A stretch of DNA of 64,000 bases. Source: the human T2T-CHM13v2.0 reference genome, Homo sapiens. The stretch's first letter is position 1, and every line of letters begins with the position of its first letter. The stretch is taken from assembly GCF_009914755.1 (NCBI RefSeq), contig NC_060928.1. One strand, written 5' to 3'. Shown here one piece after another: positions 39,004 through 52,745 of this stretch. Made by a program: the position numbers and the translations under genes. The notes beneath the pieces were generated by a model, which was given only the letters and a program-made list of their open reading frames with translations, had not been told where the DNA came from and searched no databases.

Positions 39004-39127
39004 TAGGATTGCCAGAGTTAGCAAACAAAAATACAATGGACCCAGTTAAATTGGAATTTTAAGTAAACAACAAATAATTGTTTGGTAGAAGTATGTTCTA
39101 AATATTCCATAGGATCTGGCAAACTCT
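39004..39127. mobile_element. MER53-like hAT MITE (shortened)
   Basis: TAGGATTGCCAGA...TCTGGCAAACT TIRs; cccagttaaattggaatttt. Confidence 0.65.
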
Positions 39128-39939
39128 TGATGAAGGGGGAATGTTGCCGCTTCTCATCCCTTATTTCGGCTTTGCCCCATAAAGGAGGAGAGATCCATCC
39201 AGAGCCCCCTCTGTCTATTCCCATTGTTAGCTTCACTCCAAGGTCGGAGGCAAACAAATGGGAACTATGCTCTGTTTGTGGGTTATGTTTCTGCATTTTG
39301 ATATCATGGGATGATGCAATGAACTCCTTCTTCCTTCACGTCCTGAACCCAGACACTGCAGACCCTTTCCCACTTTCCCTTACACTGCACCCATGTTGGT
39401 GGCAAGGTGATAAGTGGGGCCTGGCTTTTTTGGCAGAAGGGCAGGGAGCCTTTTGATGCAGGAAAACAGAAACCCCCCCCACCCCTTCAGGTGATATGGT
39501 TTGGGCTGCATTCCGCATACCACCCACTTCAGATTTTTCTGTAGTGGGGTATCTGTGCCGCCAAGCCTGTTATAAAAAGGCACTTAATTTTGTATCTGGC
39601 TGAACCACTTGTGTACATACTTCCCTTGGCCAGACTCCAGAGGTGATAGGGTCAGGATGGGACATAGGCAAGAATCTGCCTCAGTCCCTTGATACGGTTC
39701 TCTACGGGCCCAATTTCTAATTTTTTGACGTAACATGGCAAAGTAGGAGTTATGTTATCTTATTATCCCCTTTTACAGTTGAGGAAAGTGAAGTCCAGAT
39801 ATATGGAGGGAAGAGTTATCATGTAAAAATTCACAGCTCTTCCTGCATATCAGAGAGATGACTCAAAACTTCTCATTGTATGAACTGTTGCTGTACTGCT
39901 TAGTATATATTGTCCTCCTAAACCAGAGTAATTATTATA

Positions 39940-40400
39940 ATAACAAAAAGGCTAATACACTTATTATTTACTATTTGTTAAGCATTGTTTTTATTATTAT
40001 GTTTGTGTATATGTAAAATTAACTTAATAATCATTGATGATAGATACTATTCTTCTTCTTCTTTTTTAGATTAAATAACATAGAGGCACTGAGAAGTTCA
40101 GCAATGTGTCTTAAATCACATAGCCAAGAAGTGGTGGAGCCAGGATTTGAACCCAAGCAGGCTGGCTGTGAAGTTCATGCTGTTAGTCATGAAACTATAC
40201 TGCTTCTTAAAAAAATTGTGACAGCACCCAGCAGACGGGGGACAATTGCTATGTGCCAGGAATGGCATATGCCTATCTTATTCCTGTACTAGATACTATT
40301 ATTAACATATTTTATAGATGAAACCGAAGTACAGAGAAGTTCAGTACTTGCTCAAGGGCAGAGTTGGTAAATAGCAGAATCAGACTTTGAATCCAGAGCC
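39940..40400 (-). mobile_element. Two tandem MIR fragments
   Basis: gaggcactgagaagtt...gtggagccaggatttgaacccaagcag; tagatgaaaccgaagtacagagaagtt. Confidence 0.65.
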
Positions 40401-41969
40401 ATTGCTTAGTAAAAGAATCATAAGAGTTCTCTAACTTGACTCAAGAAGAATGTTTAGGGGATAAGACTGGTGACCAGAGGGTAGACTCCACTCTGTGGCT
40501 CCAGGCTGGACATTGCTATCCTTTGTGGAAAGAAAGGGAGGGAATCAGGCAAAGGGACTGCAAAAAATTGCTCCCATAAGTTCCTAAGAGACACCATAAA
40601 TAACTAATAAATGGGGAGAAAGTCCGTGAGTTCCCTATGGCCAGCATATTGGCATCACAATAGTACATGCCCCATCGTCAAGAGAAAATGTGTCAAGAAG
40701 GCCCTTTTCAGCTTATGGCTCTCAAAGAATTGCTGAGTGGCCTGGTGCTTTTCTTGTAGCTACCAGGCAGAGAAGAGGTAGATCGGGCTGCATTTTTGCT
40801 AAAGCTGGCCATTGCGAAAGTTATTCAGACATGTGACAGTGTATTTTATCCTCAAGTCTTTATATTGAATTACAGTCTGCCACATCTTTTTCACTTTCAC
40901 AGCCTCTGCTTACAGATACTAGAGGATCAAACCTTACTTTTACAAAACTGCAACTTTTCTTGACAAGCTTTTACTGTAAAGGGCAGAGACAAACCTTTTA
41001 TGTTGTTGTTTTAAAAACATCTTTAATTGTTTCATTTTGGGAGAGAAAGAATAAACTATAAATAATTTTTACATGAGTGTGTGCATGGGTAATTATTTCC
41101 TTAAAAAGAGTAATAGACAACAAAGGATGCCCAGTGGGGTGCACAGCAGTGTGCTGGAAATATTGATCAGGGGACTGGAAGCTTGTTATCAGATGAGGAA
41201 TTAAAAAGGGGAACCTCACAGCTCATTCATGCTCCTGGTGAGCACGTTGCATCTGTGCTCTGGGTTCTGTACTGGCTTCCCATTTGCTTGGGGATGCAAT
41301 TCAAACAGTCAAGGTGGAGACTGTGATCTATGGGGTGTGCAGTGATTGGACCCTCATTTCTTAACTGTGCCCCTCTCTTTCTTTGCAAGGACCGTTGACA
41401 GCTGAAACTAGCTGAAGTCCTCCTGGGAAGAATTCTATATTGGGACTCTTCAGGCAGAGAGGTCCCAGGAGAGGGCCATCCATGGTGGAATAGCCATCCT
41501 GTTTTCCTGTGGCAGCCTGAATCTGTTGAATTTCTCTGGTTCCTGGCAGAGCTGTTGCCACTGATGTTGACTTAATGCCGGCAGATCCGGAGTGGAGGAA
41601 GAAAGTGAAGGCCACATTGACAGGGGTTGGCTTGGCTTCCTCTCTTCTCTTTTTCCCACCCGTACTCCCCTTCTCCTGTTTCCTTTCTCTGTTAATTTGC
41701 TAATTTATCCCAGGGCCACCTGTGCTGTTGCCCCAGCTGGGAACCCTGGAATCATTTTCCAGTTTTCTTTATTTCTCATGTCCAATTAGCCAGCTCAGCC
41801 TGACATTTGACCCTGGCAGCATTTTTTTCAGAAGCGACCATCCTTCTGAATGAGATCTGCCCTAGATGTACTCTGCTTGCATTAAGATAGCTTCCTATCC
41901 GATTTACTCTGCCATCAGCGTGGCCCTCTCCAATGTAATAAAAACACAGATTCCAGATAATTTTTATAA

Positions 41970-42150
41970 AGTGATGGTTCTCAAACTTTGCTTCATATCT
42001 GAATCACCCAGAGAGTTCTTAAAACATTTGATGTTCAGATCATGGTTAACACCAATTAAATCAGAATCCCTTGGGATTGGACCCTGGTGCCAACATTTTT
42101 AAATAACTCTCCAGATGAATCCAATGTGCAACCATGTCTGAAATCATTGT
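41970..42150. mobile_element. MER5-type MITE
   Basis: tggttctcaaactttg...gaatcaccc...accaattaaatcagaatc. Confidence 0.6.
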
Positions 42151-42494
42151 TCTAAATCACATTTCTGATCCCACTTCTCATGCTCAAAAGCCCCATGATG
42201 GCTCCCCATTGCCTGTGGAATTGAAAGCCCATACTCCTTAACTTGGAATTTCTAGCCCTTTACCATATGGCCCTAACCAATATTCTTAGTCCTATCTCTG
42301 CATCATTCTAGTTCTAGATGTAACTTATTGTCTTGGTTTCTCATGATTCCTTATATATGCTATGCCCTTTCTTGCTTCAGTGATTTTGTTCATATTTTTT
42401 CTTCTTCAAGATTGCTACACTGTCATCCATTGATTCAGATGGTATTTTTACTCTCTGTTTGCTATTTTCAGGCAACGGGCTGGGCATACAGTGG

Positions 42495-43218
42495 TAAGGC
42501 TCAGATTCTCTAACATCAGCTCGGTGTCCAACAATTCAATTTGATTCTGACATTAACTTCCAGAATTAGCATGGACCATACAGGTTAAGGGTTTAGGCCC
42601 TCAAGACTGTTCCTACTTTAGATGCTAGTTGCAAGTCCCAGGAACCACCTGTACTTCTGACCAATCAGCTATAAATCCAAGGATTCCCACAACTTCTCTC
42701 TCAGTTTTGATAATTCTGTAGAATGACACACAGAACTCAGGAAAATGCTTTACGTACTTTTACTGGTATATAATAAAGAATACAACTCAGGAACGGTGAA
42801 ATAGAGGAGACACACAGGGCAAGGTGTAGGGGGTAGGTGGTGACACAGAGCTTTTATGCCCTCTCAGGACATAGCAACTCCTCAGATCAGCAAACCAGAG
42901 GCTCTCCAAACCCTGTGATTTAGGGGTTTCCATGGAGATTTCATTAAATAGGCTAAATCACTGGCCAGTGGTGATTGAGCTCAGTCTTCAGGTTCTCTCT
43001 TCCCTGAAACTTAGAGAGTGGGCCTGAAAGTTCTAACTCTCTAATCATGAACTGGTATTTCTAGGGACCAGCCCCCATTCTGAAGCTATCTAGGGGCCCC
43101 TACAGTGAATCATCTCAGCATACATAACACACTCATCCTTCAACAGATTCCAAGGATTTTAGGAGCTCTGTGCCAAGAACTGGAAATAAAGACAAAATTT
43201 ATTGTTTATTATACTACA
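42495..43218 (-). mobile_element. MER21-family LTR
   Basis: tacttctgaccaatcagctataaatc, acagaactcaggaaa, ttccaaggattttaggagctctgtgcca. Confidence 0.7.
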
Positions 43219-43267
43219 GTGGCAAAAGGAGATTCTGTTCTTGGCCTCTGGGCTCTTATTGATCTAC

Positions 43268-43588
43268 TGTCATGGATGCCACTGACTGGGGCTGGTGTCA
43301 CAGGCAGTCCAAGAATTTATCAAGACAGTCGTAGATAAAGAAAGGCAAATGTATTAGAGAAGGTAAGAAGATACGTTGCAAGGGTACAATGGGCAGCACA
43401 GCAGAGAAGGGGCTGTCTGCAAAGACACAGGGGCTGGTGGGAAGTTTTATAGCATTATGCTGGAGAGGCTACATGCTGAGTGAGGTATTTGGGAACAGGA
43501 TGTTGCGCCAGCAGGTTGTCTGTCATTAGCCATTTCTCAGAACTGTTGTTCACCCCGACGTGGAGCTCTGTCTTATTAGGGCTCCACA
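43268..43588 (-). mobile_element. LTR47B-like solo LTR
   Basis: Reverse strand TGTGGAGCCCTAATAAG...catcctgttcccaaatacctc...GACA; TSD TCTAC/GCTAC. Confidence 0.75.
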
Positions 43589-43593
43589 GCTAC

Positions 43594-44150
43594 CACAGAT
43601 GTAAGATTGAAACTGTGATAGGTACTGTAAAGAAGAGACCTATGATGACAGAAAGGCTCATGGTAAGGGGATCTGACCTAGTTAGAGAGGTCAGGAGTCT
43701 CTCCCAAGGAAAAGATGCTTGAGATCCTTGGGGGCTCTAATGACTGCAGAAGTCAAATAGACTCTACCTTGAGAAAAAAGGACAGAAAAGTTGTGATTGT
43801 AATCAGAAACTCTTCTGGGACAAATTATCCAGACAGAGGGAGCCTCATGAGCAATGGAGGCAGGAGAGAGGGGGCATGGTAAGGACAAAGACTGAAAAAG
43901 GGCTGGTGGCTTAACCAGATGGAGCAGAGGAGAGTGTAGTGGGTAAGATGAGCCTAGAAGGGAGATGAGGCTCATCCTTGGATTCAAGCACCTTGGTCAG
44001 GAACAATGAAAACCTATGGAAGGGCTTTCATCAGGGGAATGTGGTGCATACCACTGACTTGGGCTTTTGTTTTGCGAAGATACCTCTGGAGGCTGGTTGG
44101 AGAATAGACTAGAAAGGGCTTAGTAGTTGTGGATAAATCAGGTGGTAGTT
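43594..44150 (-). mobile_element. L2 fragment
   Basis: ggggatctgacctagttagagaggtcagg...ggctggttggagaatagact; approximate. Confidence 0.55.
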
Positions 44151-44454
44151 AGCAGTTAAACCAACCAGGCCAGAGAGGTGTAACTTGAAGGCCCTGCTCT
44201 AGTGAGCTCAGCCAAATGGAGAGAGAGGCAAGGATGGAAGTTGGACTGGATGGTCCGTACATTTTATTCCTACATTACAAATCCCCCAGATGGTGAGGTC
44301 CTCCTGGTCCCTGGAGCAAAGTGAGTGATTCATTCTATAGTCATCACAGCCTTTGTTAATTCTGCTGCCCTGCTTGACCATGATTTCATGCCTGTAAAGA
44401 AGAAATTTGTCCTGTTCATCATCAATTCATGAGCATTCAATGAATGCTCATCAA

Positions 44455-44690
44455 AAAGAGGAATAGTCTATGGGACTTCTGGAGCCAGATAGTTTGGATG
44501 AGACTTCTGACTCTATCACTTTCTAGCTTTGTGACCTTGGGTAAATTGCCTAGCCTCTCTGTGCCTCAGTTTATTCACCCACCTCAAAAAGTCATTGTGA
44601 GCATAGATGGAGCTCATAAAATGCACTTAACACAATGCCTGGAACATGGTAAGTTTCATATATGTGTTTTCTATTATTATTATTGCTCTT
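44455..44690 (+). mobile_element. MIR
   Basis: tgtgaccttgggtaaattgcctagcctctctgtgcctcagttt...acacaatgcctggaacatggtaag. Confidence 0.8.
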
Positions 44691-44870
44691 ATATTTAATA
44701 GGATCACTCATGTCCTTTTGCCAGAGTCTTGTTGCTTTAGGAATGGGTTAGAAAGAAAGCACTAATACCCTTAAAGTTTCATCAGATCCCCTCTTCTATC
44801 CCATGTTCTACAGAGTGTTCATGTAGGGAGACTTACTACTACCTGGAACTTGCCCAGGGTATTAGGAGAT

Positions 44871-45441
44871 TGTGCTGGTTAATTTATGTGTTAACTTGAC
44901 TGGGCCATGGAGTGCCCAGATATTTGGTCAAACATTATGGTTGATGTGTCTGTGAGGGCATGCTTGTGAGACTAACATTTGAATAGTTAGACTGAGTAAA
45001 TCAGGCTCTCTCCCTAATGTGGGTGGGCCCATTCAGTCAATTAAAGGTCTGACCAGAACAGGAAGGCCTCCCCTCCCCTGAGTAAGAGGGAACTCCTCCT
45101 GCCTGCTTGCTTGAACTAGAACATTGGCCTTTTTCTGTCTTTGGATTCAAATGGAAAAATCAGTTCTTTTGGGGTCATGAGTCTGCTGGCTTTCAGACTG
45201 TAACTACAGATTGACTCTCCTGAGTCTCCAGCTTGCTGGCTGCAGAACTTCGAACTTTTCAGCCTCCATCATCCTGTGAGCCAATTTCTTATTTTAAAAG
45301 AATCTCTCTCTCTTGCTCTGTGTATTTCTCTTCCTCTCTCTCTCTCTGCTTTTCTCTCCATCTCTATATATGTATATGTATAATATGTATATATAACACA
45401 TATATAGATAAAGATAGATAGTTGGAAAATATCTCTATAGG

Positions 45442-45495
<54 letters not shown>

Positions 45496-45531
45496 CTCTT
45501 CTCTATTCTCTGTAAAACCCTGACTAATGCA
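44871..45531 (+). mobile_element. MLT2 (B/D-like) ERVL solo LTR with internal (TC)/(TA)n
   Basis: tgtgctggttaatttatgtgttaacttgactgggcc...ccctgactaatgca; TSD GAGAT at 44866-44870 and 45532-45536. Confidence 0.88.
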
Positions 45532-48325
45532 GAGATGATTAGGAAAGGGTTTCCAAATAAGATTTTATTATCCCACTTGAGATCCTTAGAGAAAGCAGTC
45601 ATGATCCAAACTAATGGGTAAAGACATCTAGTTAGTACTCCTTTGGCATTTACACACCTTAAAAAAATGTCAGTGTCAATGTCATGACCACAGTAAGAAA
45701 GGTCTCTAGCAGTATGATGCTGTGCTTAATTATAGGCCCCTCATTCATCACACCCACAGGCTGCTTTCTAGCAGGGGCCATCTCAGGAGCCATTTCCCCC
45801 CTTGGTTTAGATGAAGCAAACAATGTAAGAGTTAGAGGTGTTTCCCTTTCTCCTCTCATTCTAATTTTCTGCCTCCTTTTCCTGCCCTACATCTATCTTC
45901 ACATGGCAGAGTCAGAACGAATACCTTATTTCTTTCTTAAGTTATTACAGCATTTAAGGAAGCTAATGAATCTTTTTTAACACAAATTACTATACCTTGT
46001 GCTTACTGGTGCAGGATGTTTCACCTTCCCTGTTTTACTGCTTTCTAGCAGAATGCTGTGGCTCTCCTTTGTCCAAAGTCAAACTGTAAATCCAGTTACT
46101 TTATAACAATATCGAATGAAATGAAAATCTCTGAAGTTTCTCCTCTCTGGCTCAACATTTGGTTGGGAAAAATGAAGTTGCCATTGTTTGAGCTGATGAA
46201 GATTAAATGGACTGCCTCTGAATTTAATTGAGTCTCTGTTTGAATAATATCCATGGTGGGTCCTACTGCAATGTTTGGTGATTAATGGTGAGAATGAACA
46301 ACAGTAACATCTGGACCCAAAGCTGTTCTTGGCTTAAAAGATGTTCATTCTTTTGAGAAAAAGGATTCTCTGCATCATTGTCCAAATAATCATTAGCAGA
46401 TAGATCAGCTGGGACATTTTAATTAAAATTTCAAAATGTAGGGAGCAGAAAATTTCTTCACACTCTTATTTATCCAAGTTAAAATAAAAACTCTGTCATT
46501 AAAAAGGGAAATACATTTCTATTTCCTCAAAAGAAGAGAAGGAAAGGTGAATTATGTAGTAGCATTTGTTTGCTTACAGATAAGTGTGTAAAAAGGAGAA
46601 TTTGAGCATAGGATTTTTCCAATCAGTTGTTTTAATTATCATTTAAGAGAACTTTGAGGAATTGTTTAGATTTAAAATATAATTTTGCCTGGATTTCATT
46701 ATACAAATTTTTATAAGCTAAATATTTTAAAATAGTAGTCATGGAAAGTATTATGAGTAATTAAGATGATATAAAAATAAAAGAACAAGAATCTTTTGGG
46801 AGATGTTATTTCTAAATGTTGACTAGCTATACTAGAATTCTTACAAAATATTTGGGTAAATAAAGGGATTCTGCATCTGTGCTTGTTATAGTAGGATTTC
46901 TATGGAGTGACTCTGTGTGGAGGGGAGACAGCTAATCAAATATATCAAGTATGTTAACAAATTACTTGGAAAAGGGTATCTTAACTGAAGTTTTATTAGT
47001 CTAATCCTCAGCTGATAACACAAGAAATAGATTGAACAGATCCAGCTGATTAGAAGAGACTTAAACCCAGGAGATGGTATATCTGTTATTATAAAGCAAT
47101 AAACACAAAAAGACAAAGGAATAAAGATGTTGTCTTTATTTGATAGCAACATCCGAGTTTAGAAGTTTCATTTCACAACATAAAAAGGTACCATTGGTCA
47201 AAATGTAAATAGTCACTGGAGAAAAATAAACCAATAGATGTGAAAAACAATTGTTTTCACCCAAGTCATTATTTTTATTATTATCATTTTGGTTACCTAG
47301 CTTACTCTGTGTCAGAATGGGTATACATTACCATAATCACAAGTAACTGGATTGAGCTTAGGCCTTCACTAACATTGAAAAATAATTTGCATTATAAGGA
47401 GTCAGTGTGTCTGCCCTAATGTGTGAAATCTCCTCACCTACATGATAAATATTTGTCTTTTTGACTTTGTTCCTATTATATTGGAAAACCTATATGTTTT
47501 CTGCTCAAGGTGAAAATACTTGGTTTGCACAGAATGACAAGTTCAATGATTATCTTAGTAGAAATAATAGTTTAATAAGAGAAGAATATGTTTTTGTAGA
47601 GTATAAAAATATATGTAATTGCTTTGTAGGGTTGATATCTGTGGTCAATATATTTAGTTATTCAGCAAATAGTTTCGAGCTTCTGCTGTCTATAGGTGCT
47701 ATGCTTAATGCAAAGTATAAAATATAGGTCTGGTCCTTGTTCTCAAAGAGCTTACAATCTAGTACGGGAGTTTTAAAAAATTAGAGTTCAAAGGAGAATA
47801 TGGTAGGCATCGCTGTGGGTTGGCAGAGAGCCTCTACTCATCAGAGTCACACAGTGACTCAGCATGATGGAGCTTCATCATCTTGAATGCTGCTGCTTAC
47901 TGAATGCTGAGGGACAAGGGTACCCAAGCATTTCTCACCACACTGACAAATGAATGTTAAACATAGAAGTCTTTATCACTTCCGCTATCACTCAAGGTCC
48001 AGAGCAAGTCATAGGGCCTTAAGTCAAGCAGAAAGTGCAGATCTACCATGTGCAATGCTACATGGAACTGGAAATGAGTGGCAAGCAGAATTCATGATGA
48101 TTCCAATAATTAATCCTCTTGTGTTGGTATACCTGGATGTCCTTATTTTGTGGGATAAGATTTAATGAGAAGAATATTTAGCAGAGATAGTTTGACTTTA
48201 GATTAATGATTGCAACATATATGCAAATATGTATGCTGATGGTGTGGGTAGTGGTATTTCATATCAAATAATAAAGAGTCTCTCTCTGTAGACCTGTTAT
48301 AAGAAAATATTTTTATGTCTGTTCT

Positions 48326-48946
48326 CAACCCACGAAGTGGGAGAAAATCTTCACAATCTATATATCTGACAAAGGACTAATATCCAGAATCTACAATGAA
48401 GTCAAACAAATCAGCAAGAATAAAACAAACAGCCCCATCAGAAAGTGGGGTAAGAACATGAATAGACAATTCTTAAAAGAAGATATACAAATGACCAACA
48501 AACCTATGAAAAAATGCTCAACATCACTAATGATCAGGGAAATGCAAATCAAACCACAATGCAATACCAACTTACTCCTGCAAGAATGGCCATAATAAAA
48601 AAATCAAAAAATGGTAGATGATGTTGGCATGGATGCAGTGATGAGGGAACACTTCTACACTGCTGGTGGGAATGTAAACTAGTATAACCACTCTGGAAAA
48701 CAGTGTGGAGATGCCTTAAAGAACTAAAAGTAGAACTACCATTTGATCCAGCAATCTCACTACTGGGTATCTACCCAGAGGAAAAAAAAGGAGTCATTAT
48801 ACAAAAAATATACTTGCACATGCATATTTATAGTAGCACAATTGCAACTGCAAAATTGTGGAAGCAACCAAAATGCCCATCAATTAATGAGTGGATAAAG
48901 AAACTGTGATATATATATATATAATATAGTAATATTCCATCATATG

Positions 48947-48991
<45 letters not shown>

Positions 48992-49344
48992 GATGGAGTA
49001 CTACTCAGCCATAAAAAGGAATGAATTAACAGCATTTGCAGCTACCTGGATGAGATTGAAGACTATTATCGTAAGTGAAGTAACTCAGGAATGGAAAACC
49101 AAACATTGTATGTTCCCACTGATATGTGGGAGCTAAGCTATGAGGACGCAAAGGCATAAGAAAAATACAATGGACTTTGGGGTCTTAGGGGGAAGGGTGG
49201 GAGGGGGTGAAGGATAAAAGACTACAAATATGGTGCAGCGTATACTGCTTGGGTGATGGGTGCACCAAAATCTCACAAATCACCACTAAAGAACTTACTC
49301 ATGTAACCAAACACCACCTGTACCCCAATAACCTATGGAAAAAA
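48326..49344 (+). mobile_element. 5'-truncated L1PB1-like element with internal (TA)/(TG)n
   Basis: ORF2 C-terminus ([15 protein letters not shown]) and L1PB1 3'UTR (caccaaaatctcacaaatcaccactaaagaac); 25-bp TSD at 48301-48325 and 49345-49369. Confidence 0.9.
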
Positions 49345-49479
49345 AAGAAAATATTTTTATGTTTATTCTGTTGCTTCCCTCTGTGATTGCAAGGGGCAGC
49401 AGTAACATTTAATCCAAAGCAAAGCACTTTAGCAGAGTGACTTGCTTGTTTGATTGTTCTGACCAAGAAGGTGTCCGTT

Positions 49480-50840
49480 AGTGGGTATATATCCAAAAAA
49501 ATTGAAATCAGTATGTCAAAGATATATCTGCACTCCCATATTCATTGCAGCATTATTCACAATAGCCAAGATGTGGAATCAACCTAAGTATCTATTAATG
49601 GATGAATAGAGAAAGACAATGTGATGTATACTATTTAGTCTTTAAAAAGCTTGGAATGAAAATGAGATACTGTCTCACACCAGTCAGAATAGCTATTACT
49701 AGAAAGTCAAAAACAACAGACGCTGGCAAAGTGGCGGGGAAAAGGGAACACATATATTGTTGGTGGGAATATAAATTTGTTCAGCTACTGTGGAAAGCAG
49801 TTTGGAAATTTCTCAAAGAACTGAAAACATAACTACCATTTGACCTAGCATTCCCATTACTGAATATATATCCCAAAGAAAATAAACCATTCTGCTAGAA
49901 AGACACGTGCACTCATATGAACATCACGGCACTATTCACAATAGCAAAATCTTGCAACTAACTTAGGTGCCCATCACTGGTGGATGGGATAAAGAAAATG
50001 TGGTACATATATATCATGGAATACTATGCAGCCATAGAAAAGAATGAAACCATGTCCCTTGTAGAAACATGGATGTAGCTGGAGGCCATTATCCTAAGTG
50101 AATTAATGCAGGAAGAGAAAACCAAATACTGCATATTGTCACGTGGACATAAAGATAGCAACAATAGACACTGGGGACTACTAGAAGAGGGGGAGAGGGA
50201 AGAGGGTAAGGGTTGAAAAACTAACTATTGGGTATTCTACTCAGTATTTTGGTGATGGGATCAATCATATTCCAAACCTCAGCATCACAGAATACACCCA
50301 GGTAATGCACATGTAGTCCCTGAATCTAAAATAAAAGTTAACACTATTCAGCCTTAAAAAAGAAAGAAATCCTATAATTTGTAACAACATGGGTGAATCT
50401 AGAAGACATTATGCCAAGTGAAATAAGTCAGTTACAGCAGGACAAATACTGCATGATCTCACTTATGTGTGGACTCTAAAAATGTTGAACTCATAGGAGC
50501 AGAGAGTAGAAGGGTGATTGTTGGGGGTGGTGATGGGGACAACGGGGGTAAAGAAAATTATTCAAAGGGTATGAAGGTTCAGTTAGACAGGATCAATCAG
50601 TTCTGATGATCTCTTCAACATCCTGGTGATTATAGTTAATAATAATGTTTGCATACTTGAAAATTGCTAAGAGACCTTAAATGTTCTCACCACACACACA
50701 AAAAAGTATGTGAAGTGATGGATATATCAATTCACTTGATTTAATTATTTTATACTGTCTGGATATATCAAAACTCATTGTACACTATTAATATATACAC
50801 CTTTTATTTGTCAATTATACCCGAAGAAAGCTGGGGGAGA
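49480..50840 (+). mobile_element. L1MA8/9-like 3' end split by a younger L1
   Basis: 49480-49648 and 50343-50840 join as one L1MA 3' end (ttgaaaattgctaagaga...aatgttctcaccac). Confidence 0.75.
49649..50342 (+). mobile_element. 5'-truncated L1PA16-like element
   Basis: ccaaacctcagcatcac...ccctgaatctaaaataaaagtt; degraded TSD ACTATTTAGTCTTTAAAAA / ACTATTCAGCCTTAAAAAA. Confidence 0.8.
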
Positions 50841-51190
50841 AAGTGTTAAGCTCTTATTTTCTATGGGAACAGAAGGTTAAGTAAGATCACAAGGAGATTT
50901 CCAGTTTTCTGTGCTTTTTGGCTTTTCATAATATCTGATAGTGTTGGCCCCTTTTATTCTTCTAATCAGTTGTTTTTCTTGGCTCTTCTTGATTGCTCCA
51001 GCATATGAATGTTAGAATCATTTTTTTGCCTTGTGGCTGATGATAATGTATATTGTCACATGTATAGAAAATGGAAGTAAGCAATAACAAGCATAACAAA
51101 ATAACACAAATAAAAGAGTTAAATGGGAAACAAGAGTTAACTATGTCCAAATCAATTCTGAAAATTGAGAGTAGTAGAATAGGTTGATTA

Positions 51191-51250
51191 TATTTATAAT
51201 CACTACTTTTAGTCTAGAGATATTTATCATCACTACTCTTAGTCTAAAGA
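51191..51250. repeat. 30-bp tandem duplication
   Basis: TATTTATAATCACTACTTTTAGTCTAGAGA / TATTTATCATCACTACTCTTAGTCTAAAGA, 3 mismatches. Confidence 0.9.
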
Positions 51251-52745
51251 TTTTTATACTTATGGAACTCATTTCAGAAAGGGATGATCCTGTTGGGAAC
51301 TGTAAATAAAATGTGTTGGCAAACTTTGTGAAAGTTATATTTGTAAGTGGCTTCTGAGACAGATGAGAATATAGTCCGCTTTGAAAGATAACCTATGGGA
51401 GGACAAGCAAGACCTTATAGGACATTATTGATTCCTAAATTCTCCAAAGTCTCACCATGACAGAGAGAATAGGCTTTATTAGCATCATTTGAAATGTTTG
51501 TGGTAAGGAGCTTTGCTCTGTAACAGTGGAGGGGCTTTGACTACTCAAAACCCCACTTTTAATGAAGAATGCAAATTGCCAGGGAAATACCTTGTCCCAA
51601 AGACCAGATGAATATTCTAAAATATGGGAAAAGATTGAGATGAGATTGATTACAGAAAGAGGGTTAAAGGAGAGAGCATTTATTAAGGACTCCAGGCCAG
51701 ATTTTTTTTACTTATGTTATCTCATTCCATCCTCTCAATAAAACTTTGAGGAAGGTTTATTGCCCCCAATTTATAGGTGAGGAAATTCAGATTGAGAAAG
51801 CCTCGCCAACTAGCTTTGAACTAGGATTTGCACTCTGAATCACTCGGTTAAGGGAGGGAAATAGATGGAATAATGGAGAAATGGAACCAAGAAGATATTA
51901 GCCAGTGCTGATATTTTAATCTACTTTTCCATTCTTCCCCATGGCCTTTCAAAGCTTTTTATTTTTGACCTTTGTGCTCCAAATCTATAGATGTATAATA
52001 ATTTTGATCTGAGGAAAAAACATGAGTTGGGCTCTAGAGTTATTCTATTTTCTAATAATCCTAAGGGCAAATTCAGATTTGCTTAGTCTTCTGTAAAATG
52101 CTTTTTAGGTGCTCTGTTACTTTGCAAAATCATTTGTCTTATCTCAAATTTTAAATCAAATTTAATATTTTGAATACCTATGATTCGTTATGTTTATATA
52201 TTTTTGAACCATTTGAAGTTTAGAAGAAAAGGTTTTCTTCTAAACATGCGAGGTGTTTTCAGCATAGTTACCTCAATCACGGGACTCATATTTACTTTTC
52301 TGTGACAGGTGGGCCCTTTCAAGCCATCTTGATGATACAGAGATGTCCAGGGGCTGGTTGGATTGTCCAAGATTAAGATTTCTTTGGAATATCAGAAATG
52401 AAAATTGCTAGTGGTTTCTGGTCAAGGACAGAGTAAACAGCTCACACTAAAATCAAGCTACATTGTCTTAGAGTGTAATGGAAGCTATACATAAGAGTAA
52501 TTAAAGCTGCTTTTTCTTAGGAAGTGCCAACAGTGAATCCTATATCTGTGTAGAAAATACTCCCACAGAATAAGCACATTTCAATGTAAAACAAATGATA
52601 GCACACATTTGCACAACATTCTTCAGTTTATAAAATATTTTCTCATAGTGTTCCTCCCTGAGCTTAATAGCAATTCCATCTGGTAGTGTTAGCACGATAG
52701 CCCTCTTAATTCATGAGAAAATGGAGACTTAGAAAGTGTAAGTTA

